Under the pieces are notes generated by a model that made no database searches, had not been told where the DNA came from, and was given only the letters and a program-made list of their open reading frames with translations. Made by a program: the position numbers and the translations under genes. From contig DAHVLZ010000023.1 in NCBI GenBank assembly GCA_027320085.1, forward strand, positions 1 to 32,688: DNA of 32,688 nt, read 5' to 3'. This DNA comes from Pseudomonadota bacterium. Lineage in GTDB: Bacteria > Pseudomonadota > Gammaproteobacteria > JAKAQQ01. Positions 19,233-28,216 of the stretch are shown in pieces (position 1 is the first letter of the stretch; every line of letters starts with the position of its first letter).

Positions 19233-21677
19233 ATGAGTACGGAATCAAAGATCCAGGACAACTGGCGTCTCCGGTTCATCGATGAAACCGACGATGCACT
19301 TTTGTTGACCGATGGAGACATCGTTTTGGATTGCAATCAGCGGGCTGTCGCGCTTTTCCGGTGCGGGGAAAGCAACCCGCTGGTTGGATTGTCATTGTTG
19401 GATCTGACGCCAGACCACCACTCCATACTGGTGGCCTGCGATGAGGATACCGGGGGTGCGGTTACGGGAACCCATACGGATGGCTTGGTGCGTCGGGATG
19501 GGGAGCACTTCACGGCCCTTGTGTCGGTGAGTGTTCTGGTGGATCCGAGTTCACGTGCATTTGTCATCAGCCTGCGTGATATCACCAGCCGGCTCGTAGT
19601 TCAGCAACAGGACGGACGACTGGAGCAGGCTTATCTGATGACGCTGTTCGAGCGATCACCCGAAGCCATTGCGATTGTGGACCCGAGGGGCACCGTACTC
19701 CGGGTCAACCACTTTTTTTGCCGCGTGTTTGGATACCCGACGGAGGAGGCGATCGGCCAGGATATCGACCAGCTGATTGTGCCGGAATCAAGGCGTGACG
19801 AAGGCCGGGATCTGACCCGGACCGGCTTGTCGGGCATGGAGGTTGAATACCAGACCTGGCGGAGACGGAAGAGTGGTGAACTCTTCCCGGTTTCCGTTCT
19901 CGCGACCCCGATTCTCCATAATGGCAGTCTGGTTGCCTTGTATGTGATTTACCGGGATATCAGCCGCCTGCGAGAGGCCGAGCAGCGGTTGAAGCAGACC
20001 CAGCGTGAGCTCGATGCGGTGATCAGCCAGGCTCCGATCACGATTTTCCTGCTTGATTCGGAGATGCGCTTTACCATGGGCTTGGGCCAGGCCATGGAAC
20101 GTGTAGGATGGAAGGAGTCCGATCTCCTGGGCAAGTCCGCCTATGAATTTTTTTCCGAGATGCCGGATGTGCTGTCCGCAATCCGTCTCTCCTTGTCCGG
20201 GCAAACCCCGCGGGTGGTGTCCGAGTTCCGTGGGACGAGTCTGGAACTGCAGTTCACCCTGATCCAGGATGCGGACAGTGGAGCCCAAAGCATCATGGGC
20301 GTCATGCGCGATGTGACTGATTCAGTTCTTGCGCAGAAGCAGTTGGAGTTCATGGCGCACCATGACATTCTCACCGGGCTGCCGAACCGGAAGATGTTTC
20401 AGGAACAGGTTCGCGATGCCATCCGGCGGGCCAAACGGCACAAGAGCGGTTTTGCCGTACTATTTCTGGACCTTGACCGGTTCAAGGCCATCAACGATAC
20501 GCTTGGCCATCAGACCGGTGACCAGGTTATCCAGCATGCGGCCGTGCAGTGTGCCTCGATTTTGCGGGAAGTCGACATGGTTGCCCGGTTGGGGGGTGAT
20601 GAATTTGCCATTCTCCTCGAGGAGGTTGACACGAATGAGCCTGTCGAGACGGCCATACGGCGGCTCCAATCGGCCATTGCTGCCCCTTATTTCGATGATG
20701 ATCGGGATCTGACTGTCGGGTGCAGTATCGGCATCAGCCTGTATCCACGTGATGGTCTCGATGAGGATAGCCTGATCAAGCATGCCGATACCGCAATGTA
20801 CAAGGCCAAGAACTTGGGCCGCGGACAATACATGTTCTACGCTCCGGATCTCCCGGACAGTCCGTCCGGAGAGTATGCAAAGACCACGTTGTTGCGACGT
20901 GCCTTGGAGCAAGGACGCTTTGTCCTGCATTACCAGCCCATTGTCCGGACTTTGGATCAGACCGTCACCGGGGTGGAGGCGCTGATCCGGCTTCGCCAAT
21001 CCGACGGACATCTCATGCCTCCTCTGGAATTTATCGCCTTGGCGGAAGAAACAGGCCTGATCATCCCCATCGGCTGCTGGGTTTTGGAGGAGGCCTGCCG
21101 TCAGCAAAGGGCCTGGTTGGAGAAAAATGCGTGGCAGCTCCGCATGGCGATCAACCTCTCTGCGCGACAGTTTCGGGATCCAAAGTTTCTCACCACGATT
21201 GGGGATATGCTGGAGAAGATGAATGTCCCCCCGGAACTCTTCATGGTGGAAATAACGGAAAGTATGATGTTTCCAGATCCACGCACGGCACTCGCGATTT
21301 TGGGCGAGTTGCGGGCCATGCGTGTTGCGGTGTCGATTGACGATTTCGGTACTGGATTCTCGTCCCTGAGCTACCTCAAGGATTTTTCAGTCGACTTCAT
21401 CAAAACCGATCGTTCCTTTATTGCCGGGACACCGAATGACAAGAAGTCCTGCGGAATCACCCGAACGATTCTGAGCTTGTCACGCAATCTGGGCATGGGC
21501 ATGATCGCTGAGGGTGTGGAAACTGCCGGACAATACCATTTTCTTCAAACCATCGGCTGCGATGAGATGCAGGGCTTTTTCTTTGGTCGTCCGGTTGAAG
21601 CCGAGACGCTGAGTGTGCGTTTTGAGCAATCTCCGATCAAGAACCATCAGCCGATTCTGCAGGTGCCTGAAAACTGA
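19233..21677 (+). CDS. cytoplasmic PAS-PAS-PAS-GGDEF-EAL diguanylate cyclase/phosphodiesterase
   Basis: PAS/PAC repeats; 'HDILTGLPNR', 'DLDRFKAINDTLGH', RxxD (REVD) then 'ARLGGDEF'; 'VEALIR', 'IDDFGTGFSSL', 'AEGVET', 'QG'. Start at ATG 19233 after GAGGAG; 19197 is possible. Confidence 0.95.
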   Translation: MSTESKIQDNWRLRFIDETDDALLLTDGDIVLDCNQRAVALFRCGESNPLVGLSLLDLTPDHHSILVACDEDTGGAVTGTHTDGLVRRDGEHFTALVSVSVLVDPSSRAFVISLRDITSRLVVQQQDGRLEQAYLMTLFERSPEAIAIVDPRGTVLRVNHFFCRVFGYPTEEAIGQDIDQLIVPESRRDEGRDLTRTGLSGMEVEYQTWRRRKSGELFPVSVLATPILHNGSLVALYVIYRDISRLREAEQRLKQTQRELDAVISQAPITIFLLDSEMRFTMGLGQAMERVGWKESDLLGKSAYEFFSEMPDVLSAIRLSLSGQTPRVVSEFRGTSLELQFTLIQDADSGAQSIMGVMRDVTDSVLAQKQLEFMAHHDILTGLPNRKMFQEQVRDAIRRAKRHKSGFAVLFLDLDRFKAINDTLGHQTGDQVIQHAAVQCASILREVDMVARLGGDEFAILLEEVDTNEPVETAIRRLQSAIAAPYFDDDRDLTVGCSIGISLYPRDGLDEDSLIKHADTAMYKAKNLGRGQYMFYAPDLPDSPSGEYAKTTLLRRALEQGRFVLHYQPIVRTLDQTVTGVEALIRLRQSDGHLMPPLEFIALAEETGLIIPIGCWVLEEACRQQRAWLEKNAWQLRMAINLSARQFRDPKFLTTIGDMLEKMNVPPELFMVEITESMMFPDPRTALAILGELRAMRVAVSIDDFGTGFSSLSYLKDFSVDFIKTDRSFIAGTPNDKKSCGITRTILSLSRNLGMGMIAEGVETAGQYHFLQTIGCDEMQGFFFGRPVEAETLSVRFEQSPIKNHQPILQVPEN

Positions 21678-21925
21678 GCGTCCGGATTCGGTACGGCGGA
21701 GTCGCGATTGAATCCCTGTGCAACCCTCCCCTTGGGCATACGCCATTTGCTTTACCCAACTGGGCACCCTTGCCGAGATAATATGGGGGAAGACCGGGGT
21801 TTGCGGGCGGTGTGCGAGGCCGCCTCTCACCCGGCCGTTCTCCCGAGTCCTGGTCGGGAGTGTACTTCGGGCGTTTTGTTGGCAAACAGGAGTGTCCTGA
21901 GATCCAGTGAGCCCGGGTGTGGGGG

Positions 21926-22483
21926 CTAGGGTTGTGAAACCACCTCCACGGAACCTGAAGTGTTCCGGGAGGTTTTCATGCGGATCCCTTCCAGCTCCAG
22001 AAGAGTTCGTTTAAGCGTCAATCCTCCGCCAAAGCCTACGAGGTCTCCATGGGCACCGATCACGCGATGGCAGGGGATGATGATGGGGATCGGATTGTTG
22101 CCGTTGGCGGCTCCGACTGCCCGCATGGCCCGGGGTCGCCTGATGGCCCGTGCCACATCGCGATAGGAGCGGGTTTCACCGTACGGGATTTTTTCGAGTG
22201 CGGACCAGACGGCCATCTGGAATGGAGTGCCGGTGAGCGTGAGGGGAAGGGCGAACCGACGGCGCTGACGGGCGAAATATTCGGTCAACTGGCGGATGAC
22301 CTCGGAAAAGCCGGACCGATCGCGGATCCATCCCGATGCGGGTTCACGTGCCTGCCCGTCCACTGGAAAACCAAGACCCCAGAGTGACTGGTCGGTTCCA
22401 TAAAGTAGGAGAAGTCCCAGGGGGCTGGCCCAATGGCGGTAGTGGAGGGGTGGATCCTGGACTTTGGGGGTGGCCACGGTCAT
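21926..22483 (-). CDS. ogt: methylated-DNA--protein-cysteine S-methyltransferase
   Basis: 'GTPFQMAVW..L..IPYGETRSY', 'RAVGAANG.NP', active site PCHRV. Confidence 0.93.
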   Translation of the reverse strand: MTVATPKVQDPPLHYRHWASPLGLLLLYGTDQSLWGLGFPVDGQAREPASGWIRDRSGFSEVIRQLTEYFARQRRRFALPLTLTGTPFQMAVWSALEKIPYGETRSYRDVARAIRRPRAMRAVGAANGNNPIPIIIPCHRVIGAHGDLVGFGGGLTLKRTLLELEGIRMKTSRNTSGSVEVVSQP

Positions 22484-22617
22484 GGTTGATCTCCGGTGTG
22501 GTCGCCTGGTGAACGACCTCGGACGCTTTTCAGTCTACCCCGGGATCTGCTTCCGGGCACGCCGTTTCCGGACATCAGTTTTCGGCAATTGCGACGGCGG
22601 AAAGACCGGGTGCCCGA

Positions 22618-23451
22618 TCAGGATCCCTCCGGTCGACGTTCGGGACATGGAATTTCGAGCAGGTGGCTTTCTCCATCGAGGCGCATGGCGCGGAGCGTTC
22701 CGCCCCAGAGGCAGCCCCCATCCAGGGGGTAGACATGGGGGGTGCGGGTATCTCCCAGGGTCGACCAGTGTCCGAAGACGATATGGAGATCCTGGTTGCG
22801 CCGATTCGGGATCTCGAACCACGGATAGAGGCCCTCCGGCTGGGTACCCGGCGGGCCCTTGTGCCGCAAGTCCAGTTTTCCGGTGGAGGTCACATAGCGC
22901 ATGCGGGTCAGGGCGTTCACCGTGAAACGGTTTGCCTGGGCGGTCGGCAGTCCCTCCTGCCAGACATCCGGTTCGTTTCCGAAAAGGGTGGGGAGAGACT
23001 CTTTCCAGAAAGGAGCCTCAAGCAATGCTTCGACACTCCGGGCCCTTGCCATTGACTGTTCGAGATCCCAAAACGGTGGCAGCCCGGCGTGAACCAGGGT
23101 GAAGCCGAGGGCCGGGTCGTGGTGGAGGAGGGGACGATGACGCAACCAGTCCAAAAGCTCGTCGCGGTCCGGGGCCTCGAGGATCGGCCGGAGGGAGGGA
23201 TCCACGGTGGGTGGAGAGTCCGGATTGGCTGCCACCCGCAGCAGATAGAGATCGTGGTTACCGAGAACGACAATGGCTCGCGGACCCAGTCGGTAGACGA
23301 AGCGCAGCACCTCGAGGGAGTCGGGTCCCCGGTTGACGAGATCACCACAAAACCAGAGGCGATCTCCTTCCGGGTCAAATCCAATGCGATCCAGCAGGCG
23401 CATGAGCATGCTGTGCAGGCCTTGCAGATCACCAATCGCGAAAGTTCTCAT
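22618..23451 (-). CDS. apaH: symmetrical bis(5'-nucleosyl)-tetraphosphatase
   Basis: 'IGDLQG', 'GDLVNRGPDSL', 'LGNHD', 'VHAG', 'NALTRMRY', 'FGHWS', 'LDGGCLWGG'. Confidence 0.95.
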   Translation of the reverse strand: MRTFAIGDLQGLHSMLMRLLDRIGFDPEGDRLWFCGDLVNRGPDSLEVLRFVYRLGPRAIVVLGNHDLYLLRVAANPDSPPTVDPSLRPILEAPDRDELLDWLRHRPLLHHDPALGFTLVHAGLPPFWDLEQSMARARSVEALLEAPFWKESLPTLFGNEPDVWQEGLPTAQANRFTVNALTRMRYVTSTGKLDLRHKGPPGTQPEGLYPWFEIPNRRNQDLHIVFGHWSTLGDTRTPHVYPLDGGCLWGGTLRAMRLDGESHLLEIPCPERRPEGS

Positions 23452-23685
23452 CGACTGCAGGCGTCCGGACCGATGGACACGCAGGCGCCGTGGTTCGTAT
23501 GGCGGTGTTGGGCAGGTGACACCCAGGCACTCAGGATCGGAACAGGGCTCGGCATGACCTATTTTAGCCTGTGGGCCCGGTGAGTCGGGTCCGTATCCTG
23601 TCCTTCGTTTGTGCTAGGATGGGCCGCACCTATGGATCTACTGGCCTCAATGCTGAATCCTGAGGCCTGAAATCGGAGCTCGTCC

Positions 23686-24120
23686 ATGGCCGAATGGTAT
23701 GTTCCCCTGAGCCTGGCCTTCGTCCTTTTCATCTTCGAGATCCCCACCCGCACGTTTTACCTGGCGGCCCTCGGGCTGTCCCTGCTCCTCGTGAGCCTGA
23801 TCGACCTGCTCGCCGCCCCGAGCGGACTCGGGGCCATCGGATGGTTTGCCCTTTTTGCCGTGCTCCTCCTGCCGGCGGCCGAGTATGTCCGGCGGGCGCT
23901 GCGCAACCGGGCCTCCACAGATGCCACGAACATTGACAGCGGACAGCGTGTGGTTGTGGTCCAGGTATCCCCGAATACACTGGAGGTCCGCTACCGGGAC
24001 ACCCTCTGGCAGGCCGAGTTGACCGAGCCGGTCTCCGTTGAGCCCGGCCGTGAACTCCAGATCGTTTCCCGGGTCGGCAACCGCCTGCGGGTCGCCCCCT
24101 TTTCTCCCACACTCCACTGA
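23686..24120 (+). CDS. NfeD-family (YbbJ-like) membrane protein
   Basis: Hydrophobic N-terminus 'LFIFEIPTRTFYL', C-terminal OB-fold-like 'VRYRDTLWQA...IVSRVGNRLRV'; precedes an SPFH gene; GGAG RBS. Confidence 0.85.
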   Translation: MAEWYVPLSLAFVLFIFEIPTRTFYLAALGLSLLLVSLIDLLAAPSGLGAIGWFALFAVLLLPAAEYVRRALRNRASTDATNIDSGQRVVVVQVSPNTLEVRYRDTLWQAELTEPVSVEPGRELQIVSRVGNRLRVAPFSPTLH

Positions 24121-24129
24121 GGATCCGCC

Positions 24130-25092
24130 ATGTCGATTGTCGTTATCGTCATCATTGTCCTGGCCATTGTGGTGGTGACCAGCGGGGTCCGGGTGGTCCC
24201 GCAGCAGCATGCCTGGGTCGTCGAGCGCATCGGCCGCTATCTCCGCACCCTGGAGCCCGGACTCAACGTCATTGTCCCTTTCCTGGACCAGGCCCGGTAC
24301 CGTTTCGACCTTCGGGAAACCCCGATGGAAGTGCCGGCCCAGGTCTGTATCACCAAGGACAATACACAGGTTTCCGTGGATGGAATCATGTATATCCAGG
24401 TCACGGATGCGAAGCTCGCAGCCTACGGCTCGTCCAATCCCATCATGGCTGTCGTCCAGTTGGCGCAGACCAGCATGCGTGCCGAAATCGGCAAGCTTCA
24501 TTTGGACGAGTGCCTGAGTTCCCGTCAGCAACTCAATGCGGCGGTGGTTTCCGTCCTGGATGAGGCGGGTGCGACGTGGGGGATCAAGGTTCTGCGTTAC
24601 GAGATCAAGGACATCACCCCGCCCAACGAGATCCTGAGGGCGATGGAGCTCCAGATCACGGCCGATCGTGAGCGGCGTGCGGTGGTGGCCCGTTCGGAAG
24701 GCGAGCGTCAACAGCAGATCAACGTTTCCGAAGGACAGAGACAGCAGGCCATCAACGTGGCCGAGGGGCAAAGACAGTCGGACATCCTACGGGCCGAAGG
24801 TCAGGCGCAGGCCATCCAACTCGTGGCCGAGGCCACGGCCCGAGCTATTGCCACGATCGGCCAGGCGACCGTCCAGCCGGGTGGGATTGAGGCCATGCAA
24901 CTGCAGGTGGCCCGTGATTTCATCACCCAATGGGGCAATCTGGCCAAGCAGTCAACCACGGTTCTCATTCCCGCGGAAATGGGGAATATCGGCTCCTTCA
25001 TTGCGACTGCGCTGGAGATCATCCGGTCCCGTGAGCCGGCCGGGAGTGGGCCGGCCGCGTCGTTACCGCCCAAAAATCCGTCTGCTCGCTGA
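24130..25092 (+). CDS. qmcA: SPFH/band 7 (QmcA/paraslipin) protein
   Basis: One TM, 'VVPQQHAWVVERIGRY..LEPGL', 'ITKDN..VSVDG', 'WGIKVLRYEIKDI.PP', repeated EG.RQ coiled coil. Confidence 0.9.
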   Translation: MSIVVIVIIVLAIVVVTSGVRVVPQQHAWVVERIGRYLRTLEPGLNVIVPFLDQARYRFDLRETPMEVPAQVCITKDNTQVSVDGIMYIQVTDAKLAAYGSSNPIMAVVQLAQTSMRAEIGKLHLDECLSSRQQLNAAVVSVLDEAGATWGIKVLRYEIKDITPPNEILRAMELQITADRERRAVVARSEGERQQQINVSEGQRQQAINVAEGQRQSDILRAEGQAQAIQLVAEATARAIATIGQATVQPGGIEAMQLQVARDFITQWGNLAKQSTTVLIPAEMGNIGSFIATALEIIRSREPAGSGPAASLPPKNPSAR

Positions 25093-25858
25093 GGGCCCGA
25101 GTGAGCCGGGCATAGGCTTCCGGCGCAAGGGTTTCCGGGCGGGCCGAGGGATCGATGCGCGTGGCCTCCCAGAGGCTTGAGGGAATGGTTCCGCCCAAGG
25201 CGTTGCGGATCATCTTGCGGCGTCGGTGAAAGGCCCGGGAGACGAGTTCGAAGTACTGTTGTGTGTTGAGCCCGGGGAAAGGGGTCTGAGCACGGGGTTC
25301 AAGCTTCAGTACGACGGATTCAACCTGGGGGGGCGGCGAGAAAGCTCCCCGTCCCACCGGGAACAGGCGTTTGGCCGTGAAGTGATAGTCCGTGAAAATC
25401 GCCAAGCGGCCGTAGGCGGATTCGCCTGGCCGGGCCATCATCCGTTCTCCCACCTCTCGTTGCACCATGAGGTGGAGATCACGGATACGGTCTTTGGCCT
25501 CGGCCAGCCGTCCGATGAGTGGGGTCGCGATGTTGTAGGGTAGATTACCGACGACCCGGAAGGGGGAACGATCGGGCCAGGAGCCGAAGTCAAGCTTCAA
25601 GGCGTCTCCCTCATGGAGGGTCAGGCACGATCCATGGCGAAGCCGCAGTTCGGAAGCAAGATCCCGGTCGATCTCGACCGCCCAGAGGTGCCCTGCAAGC
25701 GCGAGGAGTCCGTCGGTCAGGGCCCCATGTCCAGGACCGATTTCCACGATCACTTCCTCCGGGCGGGGGGCCACGGCCTCGATGATGCGCGATCGGGTCT
25801 TCGGATCATGCAGAAAATGCTGTCCGAAGCGCTTCCGAGGCCTAGTGTATGGGGGCAT
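25019..25858 (-). CDS. rsmA: 16S rRNA m6,2A dimethyltransferase
   Basis: 'RKRFGQHFL', 'EIGPGHG', 'VEIDRDL', 'GNLPYNI', 'YGRL', 'F.PPPQVES', 'RRKMIRN'; start trimmed to ATG 25858. Confidence 0.95.
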   Translation of the reverse strand: MPPYTRPRKRFGQHFLHDPKTRSRIIEAVAPRPEEVIVEIGPGHGALTDGLLALAGHLWAVEIDRDLASELRLRHGSCLTLHEGDALKLDFGSWPDRSPFRVVGNLPYNIATPLIGRLAEAKDRIRDLHLMVQREVGERMMARPGESAYGRLAIFTDYHFTAKRLFPVGRGAFSPPPQVESVVLKLEPRAQTPFPGLNTQQYFELVSRAFHRRRKMIRNALGGTIPSSLWEATRIDPSARPETLAPEAYARLTRALSEQTDFWAVTTRPAHSRPAHGTG

Positions 25859-26822
25859 GGCGGATCGCGTGATCCAGTGCGCACCGGAGTGAGTGGACTT
25901 GTGCCTTTCCGCTGCCAGCCAGCGCCAGGGCGGTTCCATGATCGACCGAAGTACGGAGGAAGGGCAGGCCCAGAGTGACATTCACGGCGGTATCGAAGAA
26001 AGCATACTTGATGACGGGAAGCGTCTGGTCGTGGTAGAGCGAAATCCAGGCATCCTGAGTGCCGGCCGTGTGGGGGGCGAGAGCCGTATCCGCCGGCCAG
26101 GGCCCACTGATCTTAAGACCACGGAGACGGTGAGCCTCAAGGACCGGCCGGATGACCCGTTCTTCCTCGTCTCCGAAAAGACCCTCTTCACCGGCATGCG
26201 GGTTGAGACCGAGGACACCGATCTGGGGATCCGGGATCCCGTACTGCTCGCGCAGGGCCCGGTAGACGGTCATCAGAGTGGAATCGAGGCGTTCGGTATC
26301 CACGAGGCGAGGAACGTCCCTCAGGGGCACGTGGGTCGTGACGAGCGCGACCCGGAGGCTCGGGGTCACGAACATCATGACCGGCTTTGGACTTCCGGTT
26401 TTCCGTCCGAGATATTCGGTATGCCCCTCGAAAGGGAGTCCGGCATTTTTGAGGTGGGCCTTGTGGACCGGTCCGGTGACGAGGGCTCGAAACTCGCCTG
26501 ACAGGCAGCCGGCGATTCCCCGATCGATGGTCTCGAGGACATAGGAGGCATTGGCGGGTTCGAGATGACCGATCCGGACGGGCGCGGCTAGGGGAAGATC
26601 CAGCAGAGAGAGCCCGTCCACACGGACTGAGCCGGGGACATAGGCAGGGACATCAAAGGTGTGGCCGAGCAGGTGAGCCCGTTCTTCGAGGAGTTTGCGG
26701 TTCCCGATGAGCACCACAGGGGTTCCCTCCAAAGATACCGCGTCCATCTGAACTGCCAGATCCGGACCAATCCCCGCGGGTTCTCCGGTCGTGAGCGCAA
26801 TGGGGGATCTTAGTGGGCCCAC
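25842..26822 (-). CDS. pdxA: 4-hydroxythreonine-4-phosphate dehydrogenase
   Basis: 'GEPAGIGPD', 'GHTEYL', 'TTHVPL', 'GLNPHAGE', 'YHDQ', 'RTSVDHGTA'. Confidence 0.96.
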   Translation of the reverse strand: MGPLRSPIALTTGEPAGIGPDLAVQMDAVSLEGTPVVLIGNRKLLEERAHLLGHTFDVPAYVPGSVRVDGLSLLDLPLAAPVRIGHLEPANASYVLETIDRGIAGCLSGEFRALVTGPVHKAHLKNAGLPFEGHTEYLGRKTGSPKPVMMFVTPSLRVALVTTHVPLRDVPRLVDTERLDSTLMTVYRALREQYGIPDPQIGVLGLNPHAGEEGLFGDEEERVIRPVLEAHRLRGLKISGPWPADTALAPHTAGTQDAWISLYHDQTLPVIKYAFFDTAVNVTLGLPFLRTSVDHGTALALAGSGKAQVHSLRCALDHAIRHAPIH

Positions 26823-28216
26823 GGGACGAGATAGTGGACGAACGCCTCGGCGATCAGGTTATGCAGGAAATGGGCGGCCTCATGACGGAGCCGGCGTTCG
26901 AAGAGAATGGCATAGGCCCGCTGGCTCAGGATCCGTCGGGTGACATTGTGCCGGCGGATCCCCAGCACCTGCGCAATGACCCAACCGTTGTCAGTGAGGA
27001 ACGGTTGACTGATCTGCCGGACTTTGAGATGGGACAGAATCCGGGGATACGGGGCGGGCAGTGATTGGGGGAGTACCCACCCGAGCAGCCCGCCCGTGAG
27101 CTGCACCGTGGGGTCATCCGAGTTGGCTTTGGCCATGGTGTCCCAGTGGGCACCGTGCATCAGGTGCAGACGGATCTGGAGCAGACGCTGGCGAACCGCG
27201 GCGGCGGTCAGTGCTGGTGTGGGACGGATGACAATCTGGCGGACGTGATACTCCCGAGCGAAGATCGGGTGCGTTTCGGTGACCTTCCGGCCGAGCAGCT
27301 TCAGGATGACAAATCCCCGGCGGGTTTCGATGGGTGCCGTGATTTCACCTTGGGGCAGGTGCTTTAAGGCCGCACGCCAGGAGGCCGGCAGGACCGCCGC
27401 CGCTTTCCAGCCCATTTCCCCTCCCTTGAGGGCGTTGCGTCCAGCCGAGTCCGCCACCGCGATGTTCGAGAAGGAGTGGCCCAGTTTGAGCTCGGTGACC
27501 AGGGCTTCGGCCTGGTTTTTGGCGGCTTGGACCGTGAGCGGATTGCGTGCGGTCGGAATGTTGATCCGGATATCCTTGAGATGGTAGCTCACCTGGCTAC
27601 CCGAGGGATGGTTTCGGATCCAGGCCTCGACCTCGCCTTTGGTGACGTTGACGTTGGGGACCACGGCCGTCGAAATCATGCGGTGGATGATGAGCTCATT
27701 CCGGATGAAATTCCGGAAGGCCATGTAGTTGATGTGTTCTTTGAGCAGTTTTTCCGGAAACTGGTCAAAGGGAACCTTGTCCCGCTCGGCAATCTCGGCG
27801 AGCACTCCACTCACGTGCTGGTCGGAGACCGTGATCCCATGCAGGTGGGCCGCTTCGAGTTCGATCTTCTGCTGGACCATGCGGGCCAGAACCTGTCGAC
27901 GGAAGATCTTGTGTGGCGGGACCGCAAAGTGGCGAGCCATGAGCTCGTGGCCGAGTAGATTCATCTCACGATTGAGACTGCTCTGGAGAATGGGCGAGCC
28001 GTTCACCACGGCGATGACCCGGTCCAGAAGAACTCCCTTGAGAGGGGGTGGGGTCGGACGGGATCGGGGCGACGGGCGGGGTGCCGGATGGAGTCGGATT
28101 GGAGGAGGGGGGATGGCCGGGGGGGTCGAGGCGCATCCGCCAAGGAGTGTGGCGAGCCCCACGGCTGCGGGAATCACGATTTTCTGCCAGGACGGGGTTT
28201 TTTCAGTCGGTTTCAT
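26810..28216 (-). CDS. surA: SurA chaperone (apparent lipoprotein variant)
   Basis: 'LDRVIAVVN...ILQS' SurA N-domain and two parvulin-like domains ('ALKGGEMGW', 'GGLLGWV'); canonical position between lptD and pdxA. Confidence 0.9.
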   Translation of the reverse strand: MKPTEKTPSWQKIVIPAAVGLATLLGGCASTPPAIPPPPIRLHPAPRPSPRSRPTPPPLKGVLLDRVIAVVNGSPILQSSLNREMNLLGHELMARHFAVPPHKIFRRQVLARMVQQKIELEAAHLHGITVSDQHVSGVLAEIAERDKVPFDQFPEKLLKEHINYMAFRNFIRNELIIHRMISTAVVPNVNVTKGEVEAWIRNHPSGSQVSYHLKDIRINIPTARNPLTVQAAKNQAEALVTELKLGHSFSNIAVADSAGRNALKGGEMGWKAAAVLPASWRAALKHLPQGEITAPIETRRGFVILKLLGRKVTETHPIFAREYHVRQIVIRPTPALTAAAVRQRLLQIRLHLMHGAHWDTMAKANSDDPTVQLTGGLLGWVLPQSLPAPYPRILSHLKVRQISQPFLTDNGWVIAQVLGIRRHNVTRRILSQRAYAILFERRLRHEAAHFLHNLIAEAFVHYLVPWAH

